This document shows positions 24,101-37,157 of a stretch of 64,000 nucleotides of DNA, piece by piece. The notes under the pieces were generated by a model. It saw only the letters and a program-made list of their open reading frames with translations. It made no database searches and had not been told where the DNA came from. The stretch is from NCBI GenBank assembly GCA_900088475.1, contig FLMG01001021.1:37317-101316 (forward strand), written 5' to 3'. Position 1 is the first letter of the stretch; every line of letters begins with the position of its first letter. The position numbers and the translations under genes were made by a program. The stretch is from Hyphochytrium catenoides (Eukaryota; Protista; Hyphochytriomycota).

Positions 24101-26380
24101 GAAGCCTGTAAAGCTGCTTTCTATACCACGTTCCTCTCGGTTATCGACTTGGTCCGCGCTCCCTCCTATCAATTCCGCTCTCTCCTCTAACCGTTGCTTT
24201 CCAAGAAAATCTCTCAGCTCCTCTTCAGTCAGTCCTAGAGCTTGCTTCAGCTCCTCGTTCTCCTTCGCCTCTGCTTCTTCTTTGCTCTCCTTCTGGTTGC
24301 CATCCTAAGGATCGTAAGCCCGAATGAGCCTTGAGCACTGTGGTGCTAGTTCTTGTGAGGCTGTGCATACCTTCAGTCTGATTTTGTAGTCTACTTTCTC
24401 ATATTCTCCGTCTTCATCTATCTCTTTCGGTCCGTTGTTCGAGGGAGTCGGGTCCTTCAGAAGTTTGTTGATGATCTTGGCATCTGTTTTGACGTTCGGA
24501 AGACGGAAGAGAGGCAAGAGGTTCTCCCCTTTAGGCCCCTTTCCCAGTCCTGACTCAAAAGGAGTATCGCCTGAGGATGTGAGGATGGGAAGCATATCCA
24601 AGCCATTTTTATGACTGATGACAGGTGGAGAGGGTGGAAGTATATCTTCTGCGTGGGCTTCTCTCTCTCTCCCCTGCCAGGTTTAGAGGAATGTCATTGA
24701 TACGGATAGACTGATAGAAACGTTGAAAGAGAGGAGAGAGAGAAGAGGGCGAGGAAGCAAGGACAGGAACTAAAGGAAGAAAAGACGGTGTGATGGAGTG
24801 GGCAACGAGAAACGACACCAGTTGGCAAGCAAAGAGTCTAGTAAGGTATAGCCAGCACCTGAAAGTCCAGAAGCGGGAGACTCAGTGATCGCATAGACGA
24901 TAGTAGAGATAGAGGAAGAGTGAAACCCCTAGAGTAAATGGTGACAATGTAGAGTAACCTCAGTGAACCAAAGACAGCAGAAGAGAGGGCTACGCTCAGC
25001 TACCGGAGATAGGGGCGGGACGTTCGACCCTCCAGAGAGCAGTCGGCTCTTATTTCTCCCCTTCTCGGCCTTAGTTACGCTCCCTGTCTCCTTCACCTGC
25101 TCCCGAATGGACGGGGGCAACTCCTCTGTGGATGGTAGAGATATAGAGAGAGTTGGGGAATGGTAGGTTAACAGAATTTGCGGGACTTGTGGGAGAAGAA
25201 GGAAGGTGTGAGATGCGCCCTTAGGGACCGCCTGGAGAAAGAAATTGATAGATAGTGGAGCAAAAAAGCTAGACATTTAGACAAAGACAGAGGGAGGGAG
25301 AAGCCGACCATAAGGAACCCACACAAAGAGCAAGTGGTAGCTTTAGAATAAGCAGAGCTTCCAGGTAGTGCCAGGAAGTTTGTGGTAGGATGCGGTAAGC
25401 GGGATGGCAACGACTACGCTGCCGACAATCTCGCGAGAAGCTGCCCGGTGTGCTTACCGAGGGTTCCACCTCTTTTCTTCCATTCTTGGATTAGTTCACG
25501 CTGCGTCCGCTCTATCTCTTCTAACAGCTTCTTCTCCTTCTCGGTCCTCTTCGGCTTGCTGTCTGCTTCACCCTTCTTAGCCTCGTCCCGCCCCTGAGAA
25601 GGGTCAGGAGGCTTCTTGCCGCCCAGATGGGCACCAAAGAGGAGCATGATAGAGTAACAGATCTAACAGACACTGATTATTTTCTCACATGTCGCCCTGT
25701 CTTACAAGAAACTATCTACGAATCCAGCCTGGGGCAGAAGCAGGCTAATCGCGGGAGAGGAGAACAAGAGGATAGGGTTCCCTCTCATTTCGTCAAGCAT
25801 GATCAATTGCCTCCTTCATCACTCCAGATTGGCATCCTCGTGCCACTATAAGTTCATCCTCATCTGCGCTATCTGATCAGTTGCCGCTATCGTCTTCTCC
25901 ATCACCGTCCACTTCTTCCTTCAACTTTGGTCTTGCCTCTCCATTGGGATCTCCACTCCGCCACCGTCCCCTTTTTTTGGTCTTATCTCATCTAGTACTG
26001 TCTTTTGATGGTCTCTCCTCTTCGCACTCCTCCTTTTATCTCAGTCTGTCCCTGTCCGTCAGTGTCTCTCTGTCTATCTCTCTACTTCTCTCACTCGATC
26101 TTCTCTCTTCCTTGCTCTTCTTTCCTGCTCCTCCTCCTTCCCTGGCATCGTTGCTTTCTGTCTCTTCCGCTATCCTTTGCTGATGATCCTGGGCTCTGCT
26201 GCTGTGATGGCGTTCTGAGCCATTTCCACTCTGTAACGAACAGGCAAGGGCATGCGAGGCGCTTTAATTAGAGTTAGTTCTATCCTCTGTGGTAGCTAAC
26301 TTTCGGTATTAAAGAGCTACCCTGAATCTACTGATAATCAACCCGGCTCCTAGCGAGTAACCGTTTATTGATCTGTCCAT
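18181..26380 (-). CDS. Large multi-IQ-motif protein with WW domains and two B-box zinc fingers
   Basis: Many IQ motifs (AARSIQRAYRGH, AATRIQAFYK, AAQVIQRYYR, AAAKIQ.MYRGW); WW WTEVFDESANRFFYY..GEATWLPP; B-boxes CVECEKEVATFYCKRCEDKFCDSCFERLH and CVECERKAATKWCAQCDDPFCDPCFQLIH; terminal WW WITAVDEESGHSYLYNPVTGESKWI*. The 5' exons (25400-26380) are uncertain. Confidence 0.82.
21086..21144. other. Assembly gap (N run) in an intron
   Basis: Run of N bases. Confidence 0.99.
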
Positions 26381-26584
26381 GGTGATCCTTTAGGAGAAAG
26401 CTGCTGATGAGTTGATGAGATGCCGATGAATCTCAACACAAAGTCATCGTTCACCTCTGGGCTCTGGCCCTCTGATGCGGCTTCTCTCAATGAGAAGCCG
26501 ATGGACTGCACGAGCTCTAACTTGATGATAAACCAAAGCGGACAGCGGTGAGGAAGGCAAGCATCCCTGGTCTTTCCTTTGGCA

Positions 26585-29500
26585 ATGATGGAGTCTGTTA
26601 CGCTCTACGGCCGGTGTCATGAAGCCCTCCAAGCCCTACAGTATCGCGGTATGTGACAGGCCACGCAGTACCTCTCACTTTCTTCTTCAACTCCCTAATA
26701 ATGGTTATGAATAGCTGTGCAGGGCGTTATCACCGGCTTTCTGGCACCCAAAGCTGTGGGTGCCTGCGCCTTTGCATTTCGTAGTCGAGGGAATGTGGAG
26801 AGGTAGGGTCCTTTTGGCTAGTGAAGCTCCCTTCACACTGCCTATGTCCTTTGAGCTAAAACCTATTTGCCTGCCATTCCGTCTTTGCTATTGCAGTGAG
26901 TTGAGAGACCTGAAGCCGCTTCTTCCTTTGGGAGTCCACATCCTCGGGTTTTTCAGCTTCAACAGCAAGGGCGGAGATCAAAAGTCCAAGTTCGATGCCT
27001 TGTGGACGGAGAAGCGGCAATATATTTGGGTGACTTCCATGGCCGACTTTTTCTCGGTTTCTCCACAGACCGAAGAAAAGGTATGGTGCATATTCACTTC
27101 TTCCACAGGCAAGAAAGTGCAATGAGTCCGCTTTCTTGCTGATACACTCCCGGAACATGCTCTCAATATGTCTCTCACAGGATCCACTCAAAGTGGAAGT
27201 TATGACCTGCGCTAGTCACGCAGAGCTCATCGAGGCACTGAGTCTGACTACCTTGCACTGCCGGATCTCTCTTGTCTTGGATCTGGTTAGTGGATCCGTG
27301 CAGGGACAACGCAACAACTATTGTCGAGGAGTCTGCATTCACTATCCCGAATTGTCTCCGCATTTGTGATGACCTCTTCGCTGTCTAGTTGCTTGTGACT
27401 TAGTACTCGAGCTACTTCACTTTACACTCGCTTTTGCTATACGTTAGCTTTCTCTCTTTTGGAAACCTATTACGAGCTAGCTTCATTCCCAGCTTTGTCT
27501 GATCCTCTGCTTGTCGTGACTTGGGCATTAACCTGTTTTTCTATCAAGGTCTACGGGCCTACGACTGACGAAAAGGAGTTCCATAAGGCTTTGGAGAAGG
27601 CGGTCACAGCCCATCGCTCCACTATCAACTCTTCCAGAGTCTCCTTCCTTCTCCCAAATAGAATTATAGAACGACCCGACCCGACTGACACCAGGACAAT
27701 CGAGGCAGTAATTCCATCTCCTTCACAACGCACGGGAGCAAGAGGTAATACAAGCAAAGCCCTGACGTATGGTATTAACGGAAAGCTAGCCGATAGAGTC
27801 TGGACTACGGTGTTGATAGACATGGGATGACCCTGGGAGGGATGATAGGGTTAAAGGGACGCAACCTGGGACTTTTTCGCTGCGCCTGTGGATGAGCAAC
27901 ATTGACATTGATACTCTTCCAAGAGAGAGACGGGGGCGATGGAGGGAAGAAAGGGAGACATCGCACTTACAGGTGGACTAGAGATCTTCGACGACTTCTC
28001 TACCACAGGCAGCTCTTTCACTTTTACTCTTTCAACAACAGGAGGGAAAAAAAGTACCAAGAAAGCCGGAGCCGCACTAGATGCTTGGGATAATCCCCCT
28101 ACTTCTGATAAGTCCATCGGCGCTTCTCCTCTCCCGTACTCTGGGCCTTCTGAGCTCGGCGAGGTGCACGAAATTCGTCTCCTCCTCCAAGTAACTCCTC
28201 AGGATGAAGAAGAAGAGCCGTTAGAAACAGTCGCGGCCCCTGCCGTAAGCTTTGACCTTGGAGAAAAGGACCAAGCAGTGGTAAAATGTGGAGTTCACGT
28301 GGATATTCTCAGCTATGTCTGCAAATCTAGCAGTGTCGGACAAGCTCTAGAGGCAATAACTGAAGAAATATCCTCTCAGGTGCGAACACCGAGCTATCAT
28401 GGGCCCGTTTGCTTTTTGGCTGCATGAAGTGTGCTTTTGGATACTCTGCATTTCCGTATGAAGCTGTACTGAGACCTGACTTTCTGACTTCCTTGTGAAG
28501 CTGTTCTGAGAACTTGCTTTCTGGCTTTCTGCACCAAAAGCTGGATAGGTTAGGTGCGTTGGTTCCATGCATTCAAGAGAAAGGAAACGGACAATATGTC
28601 GAACCAGAGACATTCCATTTCCTTCCCTCTCAACTTGGACATGCAGTCTCCATATCCTATGCCCTACCACCCTGGAAAGGACCGACTTCTGATGAGGCTG
28701 CTGCCATGTAAGCGATATGGGGGAGGGTAAAGATAACGACGAAAGCCGGAGAGGAAGAAGGCATACAAAGAAGAACGGTGACAAATATTTATGCGGACTC
28801 TCTTAGGGAGGTGCACGAAGAAGAGAGTCGCGCAGAGAGAGTCGAAAAGAGAAGACACTATCATCGAGTGCTTAATCTTCCTGAAACGATGCCTGCACTG
28901 AGGACCAGTTGTGCTTTGAGGTGAGTCTATAGTTCTCGGGAGCTATCGAAAAGTTTTGGGCGCTACCGCGGGACAACTACTGGATCCAGTGGATTGGTGG
29001 GTTTAGACCCGTAAAAAGTTGACGACGTTCTTATTATGTTCCTGTTGCCTGCATGTATGGTTGAATCCGGCCTAAAACAGCCCTGGGCAAAAGGATGCAC
29101 ACAACATTGACCGCTCATTACTCTCTATCAGGTTCAAAAATCCTCAACCACTCTCCCCGTTGCCATTGAAGGACGTCCACATCGGCGTTTCTCCCTCAGG
29201 GGTCGCAGGAGGAGAGGTGCACCTAGTGCAAGGCTCTTATCGCTATTATCACTACATGCAGCAGGCCTTTGACGATAAGGGTTGGGGCTGCGCCTATCGT
29301 TCACTGCAGACTCTTGTCTCATGGTTCAAAGAGAATCACTTTACGGAGGTATCTGCTTTGTCCTCAAACTTCTTTACTCGTTGTCCGTTTTCCGTTTCTT
29401 CCGTTGTGACCTTCGCCTGCCAAGGTCGTTTGCAGCGGTGCTACACTTCACATCATGGCCGCTCACCAGATATTAGACTTGCCTCTTCAGTGTCTTCGTG

Positions 29501-30144
29501 ACCTATCCTCTTGCCTATCCCTCTCCTGTTCTATCAAAGGTTGGGCGATGAAAGTCGCGGTTGATTGATCATTCTTCTGTGCTGTTTCTTTTTGTCTTTC
29601 TTGACAGATCCCAGTGCCAAGCCATCTGGAGATACAACAAACACTAGTCAAGATTGGTGATAAGCCGATCAAGTTTATAGGCTCAAAAGAGTGGATTGGC
29701 TCTATGGAAGTGGGCTACTGTTTGGATGAACTATTAGGAGTCACATGGAAAAATATTATGGTCAACTCAGGTCCAGAGGTAGCAGATAAGGCCAGAGACC
29801 TAGTTGATCACTTTCAGCGGAATGGTACTCCAGTCATGATGGGTGGAGGAGCATTGGCCCTCACTATTCTTGGCGTGCATTTCAACTCTGAAACGAGCGA
29901 CGTTGCCTTTCTTATATTGGATCCTCATTACACGGGGGCAGATGATCTTAAAACTATCCAAACCAAGGTAGTGACTGGTATTGGAGTTCTCCGGCCCTGT
30001 TGTTTGCTAATATCTTTTACTCTTTCCTAGAGTGTACAATTGGAAGGTTACAAGGCTGTTCCTTGTGAGTGGAGAAGAGCCTCAACATTTTCAAGACATA
30101 CATTCTACAGTCTATGCCTACCGCAGCGCCCAGATGTCATATAG
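26585..30144 (+). CDS. UFSP2: Ufm1-specific protease 2 (peptidase C78) with long N-terminal domain, multi-exon
   Basis: [25 protein letters not shown] (catalytic Cys), [38 protein letters not shown] and C-terminal [10 protein letters not shown]; N-terminal [12 protein letters not shown]. Confidence 0.95.
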
Positions 30145-30837
30145 CTCCCTCTATCTCCTTAATACCTTCAACCAAGGCGCCTAGGTGATCCCTGGCTAAC
30201 AGATCCTCGTGGAAACCCCAAGCAACAAGTCGAAGCGGTCTTCTATGATGACTATGAGTAGTCATGCCCTCTAGCAAACCCAAGAAGTTCACCGTGAAGG
30301 CTGCCGTATTCTTACTGGTGAGAGGAGCTATATCTCTGCCTGCATCTCTAGTCCTCAGCTGGACTGTTGGCCTCAAGCAAGAACTCTTAGAGCTTCTCAA
30401 ACTGCGAGGGCAAGCTTCCAATCCATCATCAATGGAGATCGTCTTCTGACCTTTCAGTTCTCAAGATCATGCAGTATGGCTCAACGGCCATAATACAGAA
30501 TACCCTTTGCCATTATTTAGAATGGCGATAGGGGTAGTGACTACTATTACTACGTCAAATGCGTCACCTCGTTAGTAATCTTTCTTAGCTATTCTCTTCA
30601 GAGGCTAATAGTAGCCCTTTTTAGCGGTAACTCCAGTCTCCATCGCTTTTTATCGCCTCTCTTCACAGTAGAACTAGTTCTAGAGAAAGAAAGACAGAGA
30701 TTGCTGCAGATTTTATGGGTATTCTGAAGATCATTGCCTAACGCGAAGAACTACAACCTTGATCGCCCATTAGACCCAAATCCTTTTTTGACCAAGCAAG
30801 CGGTAGCGCAACTTCACGGCTAGGTTTATAGTGAGTC

Positions 30838-31236
30838 ATGGCAACGGCAGCTAGGAACTTCGTTAAGAGCTCAGCGGACTTGTGGATGAAGGATGCCAAG
30901 ACCAGAGTCTATGTCAAGAAGGGCGCGAATTTGGCAAAGTACGAAAGAAGAGGTGGAGATCATTTTCATAAAGGCAAACTGGTCAGCTCACTTGTTGCTC
31001 TATATCTCAGGTTGGGGCTCTCTTTAACACCATGGGCTCTCCCCGGAGCAATTGCGGGGGGATGGTTAGTCTATCCTGCCCTAAACGATAACTTCAAGAA
31101 GAGCATCGGACTTCCCGTTGCTACTGCGCCAGGTATAGCCCCAGCGCAAGTGAAAGGCGTCCCTAAGGGCGTCCATTATGTCTCAGAAGAAATCGACGAG
31201 CCTCCTGTGCTTGAAGGCGCTGACGACGATGAATAA
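30838..31236 (+). CDS. Small single-TM protein, possibly a mitochondrial respiratory-complex subunit (QCR10-like); probable 72-nt intron at 30939-31010
   Basis: ORF with TM LTPWALPGAIAGGWLVYPAL and a GTACGA...CTCAG in-frame intron. The family assignment is tentative. Confidence 0.55.
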   Translation: MATAARNFVKSSADLWMKDAKTRVYVKKGANLAKYERRGGDHFHKGKLVSSLVALYLRLGLSLTPWALPGAIAGGWLVYPALNDNFKKSIGLPVATAPGIAPAQVKGVPKGVHYVSEEIDEPPVLEGADDDE

Positions 31237-31822
31237 ATTTAGGCAAACCATTGGCGAAGAGTGACGAAGACTAAACTATCGAAACCGGGCGTCTATTCCG
31301 ATATAAGCCTGGAGCAGGAAGGACGAGAAGAATGATGACTCCAAGTCACTGACATTATGTATCTAATTTACTGACAATCTGACACGTTAGCTACCATAGT
31401 GATTCATTGGCATGCCTTTGTATCAAATCGTACTATGGACACCGAGCTCCCTGCCTGGCGCAAGAGTCACCATGGGTGGAAGGATGGATAGGTGCCCCCT
31501 AACTAGTTGTCAATAGCGCAGTGCAACTGGGGAAAAGAGGGAAAGGCTCATATCCTACTAGGCAAATCCTGCGGATGAGCAAAGACTAAAGATCTGGGGA
31601 GATGAAATGATCATCAGGTGGAGATGACACATAAGGATGGATGTAAACAGTGGGTCCGACAGATCGGCAACACAACGAGAGGTCTCCTTCAAAGAGTAGG
31701 AGTTTGCAGGACGCATTGACGCAAGAAGTGTGACAGAAGAGAGGTTTGGCAACTCCAAGCATGGACAGAGAGATATTACAGGACCAGCTCTTCCATAAGC
31801 TGGCTAGGCATGGAAATGGATA

Positions 31823-33927
31823 TCAGTAGAGCCAAAACTTGTGAATGCCCAACACTACTAAGGCCAGGACCAGCCTCCAGCCAGCTTCTGACGGCCATGT
31901 GTTTGAGCATGACGCATTGAGAATTTCTGTGCCAGGGAATGCATTTGCCCCGTTGTGCCTCCTCTCCCAAGCACTCTCCTTGCAGTAGAAGGTGTAGAAA
32001 AGCACGAATGTGGTCCAAAAGAGCACGTCGAACGTCCTCCATCCCATCACTACCCACGACGGGATTCTTCTGCCTTCTCCCGACACCAAATGACACTTCA
32101 GAGATGTTTGCATATCTTCCAAAGGAATACTCGGGTCATTCTCCAGGATGACGTTCGCAAAGGGCTTGAGATTCCAGTAGACTATGTTTTGGGCAAAATT
32201 TTTGGGGATGAACCACAGAGAGGGTGCACTGTAGAAGCTGCAGCCCGTCTTTAGATAGGGCTTGCGCCTTGCAGCAGCCTTGATTCTTCTATAATATACA
32301 ACGTTGACATTGGGCGCGTTAAGAGCGACCTGGTCTTCCAGCATCTCCACAAAGACAGACTTCGGATACATCGTATCTCTTTTAATGAGATTAGCTTGCA
32401 CTAGGCCACGCGACACCCTATGAATCACGAGATAGAGACAGGAGATGTGAGGAAGGAAACAGAGGGACAAAATAAACATAAATCCATGCATGACTAGGCT
32501 TGAGAGAAAACGAACAGGGGAGGAAAGCTCAACAGGGTTCAAAGAGTCGAGATGAGACGGTAACAGGACGAGCCAATGTGTGAGATAAACTTTCAGAGAC
32601 GGATAAGCAGGAGCCAACTTAGAACAATAAGATGTCCCATAGCTCGATGACAATGAACATTTTGTGATGTTTGGGCCGCAGCAAGATTAAGCACTTTCCG
32701 CAAGTTGATCGGATAGGACGGTTGGCCCCTTCAGCTCACCATCGTGCACAGTTTCCTGAAGGCTTACTTCTTAACCGAAAGAGTGAACGAAGAGCATTCT
32801 TCCAAAATCCTCCAAGAAGGTCAAAGGAAACCCCTTTGCCATCCGCCTTGAATCTTGCGCGCTGTGAAAGAAAGTAGTAATGCAGAGCCCAGATGGACTC
32901 GTCTGTTACATCCTCAATGCGGATGCCTACCATATCGCGAGAGAAGATCCCACCACGGCCTTTAACGCCTAAGATATAGTCCGACGGATCGTCATAAAAC
33001 TCAATAAGTTGATGATTCTCTTCAGGGCGGGCGACATTCACGAGCTTCTGTACGCCATTCGGCAGGGTGTAGCGGATGGCTGAGTGGCCCCAGCGGCCAA
33101 GTTGGGATATGTCACAAGGATTTGAGCTTACGAGTACTTCTACAAAGAGGTACTCAACAGCTGGTGGCTTTCTTCGGCCAAGGTAGGCATCGATGCGAGA
33201 AAGATCAAAATGGACTTCCGTGGGCCCTTGTACCGCGCGAGCTAGCGGGCTCGACCCTCGTTGAGGCGGCCTAAGAAAGAGTATAGAAGTAGAAAAGATA
33301 GTAAGGGATTTGAGCACCAAGCAGCATGCAATGGCAATAGACTTATAACTCTAGTTCCCTTTCCGAACCAAGTAGCAAGAGTGTAGAAAGGGCAGGATCA
33401 CCTGAGAGCTGCAGGAGAAGAACAGATAAAGAGGACTTCAACATTAGTACCAGTGGATGGCGGAAGTGATGGTGTTTTGTCCTATCAGAATGGAAGCTCT
33501 GCGCTCCTCTAATCCTTGGTGCTGCAATGCGTTGTGGGACACATCTTGTAACAGACCCTTCGATGCATCCTGGACGTAGAGACGATCCTCTATTAGCACT
33601 TCTTGTATAGGGGTTTACAAGGCTCAAAAGGCCAAAGACTATGAAAAGAGAGTATTGGAAGAAACACTACCTCTTCCGTCTGTTGCTCTTCCTGTCGTTT
33701 CTTCATCAACCTAACACCAAAGACGGCATCTCCGTATCTGGCGTATTCATCAGCCATGTAATCCACTCGAGTACCGTCGGCGGGGTTGATATTGACGGCG
33801 AAAGTGCCATAGCCCTCTCCCGCGGCCACTTCCACCTCGCTGTTTATCGTGTGCTCTAAAAGAGGAATAGATGATCGTCAATGGTCAAGCTTCGACTCCA
33901 GAGCTTTAGCCTACACTAACCTTCCAT
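31823..33927 (-). CDS. Uncharacterised protein with permuted papain-like (His-before-Cys) motifs and two C-terminal TM helices
   Basis: Spliced ORF of ~5 exons containing WGHSAIRY (~33085) and SGNCARW|VSRGL (~32745), then hydrophobic VLFWTTFVLFYTFYC and LVLALVVLGIHKFWLY*. Confidence 0.75.
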
Positions 33928-34646
33928 GTTATCGCGATCCTCTACTGGTCACTTGCTTGGGCCGCTGAGACTTTGTACATATGGAAAGCCCTGGGCGAAA
34001 AGATATACACCCATTCAAGGAATGTAGATAGCAATGTGTTGAGTCAAGGTCTGACTTGATCCTTCAAAAAGACCGCATTCCTAACAAGCTAGCCTCTTCG
34101 AGGAAGCATATACCAGTGACACACAGATACTAGAGAGTCCTACAGATTGACATCTCATCTCCAGAGAGCTTCGGAGCTTGCAGGATGTTGCTGACTGGCA
34201 CAGCTCTTTTGAACTGAGATTGCGGTCAGGAGCTTCAAGTTCGCAGAAAGCTGTAGGAAGAAGGATCTTTCAGTGGCTAACCTGGCTAAATGGAACTACC
34301 TTGATGTAATGACAATTTACTTAGAGTACCCATGTGAATCGGGTTAGCTGGGTTGCCCATATTACGCCTCGTTTTTCCATGTTAGAAAGTGAGAAGCTGG
34401 ATGTCTGCAGCGATGGAGCTCTTCGAGCTGATGGAGCTCTGTCATTCAGACAAACTTGCTTGAGGCTCACCTTCTACCTATCACGGGCTTTAGAGACGTC
34501 TGCCTGTCACAACGGAGACATCACCCGTCGAGGCACCTTGGAGAGTCTATTGGTGTCTTATGAGACGCATTGTGATAACGAAACAGGGTTCTTTGACGTC
34601 TGACTGAGGCCCTTGTGTGGTACCTCAGGATTCGAGGGGCTCTGCG

Positions 34647-36284
34647 ATGTCAGAGTACTCCGCTCAGCTCACTAAGATCGCTGTGGCTATTATATGTAGC
34701 TCCCTACAGTTCGAAAACATCCAGAGTTCTGCACTCCATGCCCTGATAGAGATTGTTGAAAGATGTACGTAGACGGTAGCGTTTCGGAATATCCCCATTT
34801 CATGCTGACCGGCTGTATTATATAGATGTACAGACTATTGGAGAAGAGACGAAGACGATGTTGGAGCTCTCAGGTAGACTTTCTAGGGATAGCAGTGCTA
34901 CTCAGTGCGCTAACTTGCCGATATTTTTTCATGGTGGGACAGGGAGGACCAAGCCAACTCCTTTAGATGTCTTGGCAGTGCTAAGGGAGAGAGTAAGTGA
35001 ACTTTGAGTGATGGTCTTGTCGATTGGGAGCTTAACCAAATCATCCAGGACACGTCAATCGCAGCATTGACTCCAATTCTAGAACATGAGTTTCCTTTTC
35101 CTACAGGTCAGTGCCAACCTGCATCCAGGCACGCTTGATTAACGCTGTTAGTAACCTCCTGACTATCACTCTTCAGAGATACCTCGCTACCCCGTCCCTC
35201 GGAAGCGATCTAGAGAGCCTGTCAACAGTGTAGAATCATTAGAGCGAGATCCTCTTCCAAAGCACATCCCTCCTTTTGCACCGCCCTTCCCAGGACGCCA
35301 CACATACAAGAAAACGCGGGTACCTCATACTTCGGAAATTATCCTTCTTCTCTCATTAGTTCGCCCGCCCTTGTTCTCTGCATATGCCTCTGCAACCGAC
35401 TCATCCGGGTCTAATCCAGGTGGATGCAGTAGAGATTGTTAAAGATGAGAAAGCGCGAAGATTGGAAACCTTAAACCAAAGAAGGCTGGTAAGCCTTTCA
35501 ACAGTAGACCTGCTGTTCCGCCAGTGCTAAAGGAAGATGGAGTAGCTGTTCCCTCGCTTAGTTTCTTTCTCTTTTCCTGTCATCTCTAGGTCCTACTCTC
35601 CGTAGTCTGCCGTTGTTTCGCCTCTCCTCAGCCGAGCTAACGTCAATTTTTCTTGGGCAGGCACAACAAGCCCTAAATAAGCTTCATCAGCAGCTTGCAC
35701 CCACACGTAAGTCCAAGACGGGCACTAGCCATCTTTTTGTCTTACCATTTACTGCCGCCTTCATTTACGTTTTGCGTGACTGCATGAGTGCGAGATGCTC
35801 ATGCTTATCGATCTCACTCGTAGAAGGAATCCCCGTAGCAAACAGGGAAACTAGTACTTTGTCAAGTTTCGTGGTCCTGGCGTCTGATGACCTGAAGATG
35901 AACCCTTTCCTTGCTGCACCTGAGGTTGTCGAGCCGAAGGAAGATAAAGGAAGGCAAAAGGTGGGCTCTTCGGGTCTGCAATATCTCTCCTTTACCTTCC
36001 TTTCACATACAAGCTGGGCAAACGTTAACGCTTGGGGGTCAAGGACTGGGTTGCAGCCTCGTCCCTGAGATTGCTAGATGTCTGACAGAATGGAGAGAAA
36101 GACGGAATTTTGCGAAATGCTCTGCGGGTTGAAGCACCAATCATACTCTACGTTTGAATGCACGACCTTTGAAACGGACGCGGAGCTTCAAGAACAAAAC
36201 GCCTTGTCAATTAAGGGAAGAACTCATCTTGCCCCATTCTCCTTCACTGTAGACTATTTACGACCCGCCCTCACGGCCATTTGA
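34647..36284 (+). CDS. TAF8: TFIID subunit 8 (bromo-associated histone fold + TAF8 C-terminal motif), multi-exon
   Basis: MSEYSAQLTKIAVAIICSSLQFENIQSSALHALIEIVERYVQTIG...LSGRTKPTPLDVLAVL and LPKHIPPFAPPFPGRHTYKKT. The last exon is uncertain (stop at 36068 or 36284). Confidence 0.85.
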
Positions 36285-37157
36285 ACCCGCGGATAGGACT
36301 CGGACAGTGGAAGTAACCACCAGAGACGAGAGCTCGTTTACTCAACAGGCTAAAAGGTGAGACATTGAAAAGATAGTCAAAGAAGAAAAGGGATCTATGC
36401 GAGGGGAGTCGATCTATAGCGCACAGCAACAAGAAGCGATATGGCGTGAGGTCGGCGAAGTGTAAGAGAGAGAGTGCTTGGAGATTTAAGCTCAAGCCAG
36501 TTGCGTATGACGAGAGTCTGGTTGGTAGCCTAGAACGTCACTATTTGCAACGGCGAGGAACCAGTATTGGTGGACATAGAACGGGTGAAGAGGGAAAAGG
36601 GATACGTTTCTCACAACAACTTTTACAGACAACCGCTATCGAAGGAGGACAAAATTCTTAAGGGGATGTTTGTGGATGTGGACTCCGATTAGAAAAGGGG
36701 ATGGTCCCACTGTGCGAATAGATCGTAACGCTGTGTCAAACCCAGTGACGGGAAGTTATATGGCTTACAGCTTGCTTAGGTGAGCCTCTACTTCAGCCGT
36801 TGTTGAGCTTTGTAGACTTTAGCTCAGCCTCCGCTTCACTTGGTTAGCTGAGCCTCCACTTGGCTTCGCATAGGGAAGAGGAGTTTGGGTCGGTTGCAAC
36901 TCAGACAAAAATTAAACTTTCAATCAGAATCCTCTAATCCCACCGGTAGCTAATATCGCAATTCAATGCTACCTAAATGATGTACGTCTCAGGATGCTTT
37001 TAATACTGGCAGCAAGGGGACAGTAGGCGAGCAAAGGGTTTCTCGGCTCTGAAGGCCCACATGCATAACGAGCGGGACAGTGTATCAGCACCAAGCTTTG
37101 GCCCGTCCCAGCTATCTTCCACCTGTCTCTTTTTTTCAGTAACCGTGTTCATTTCTG

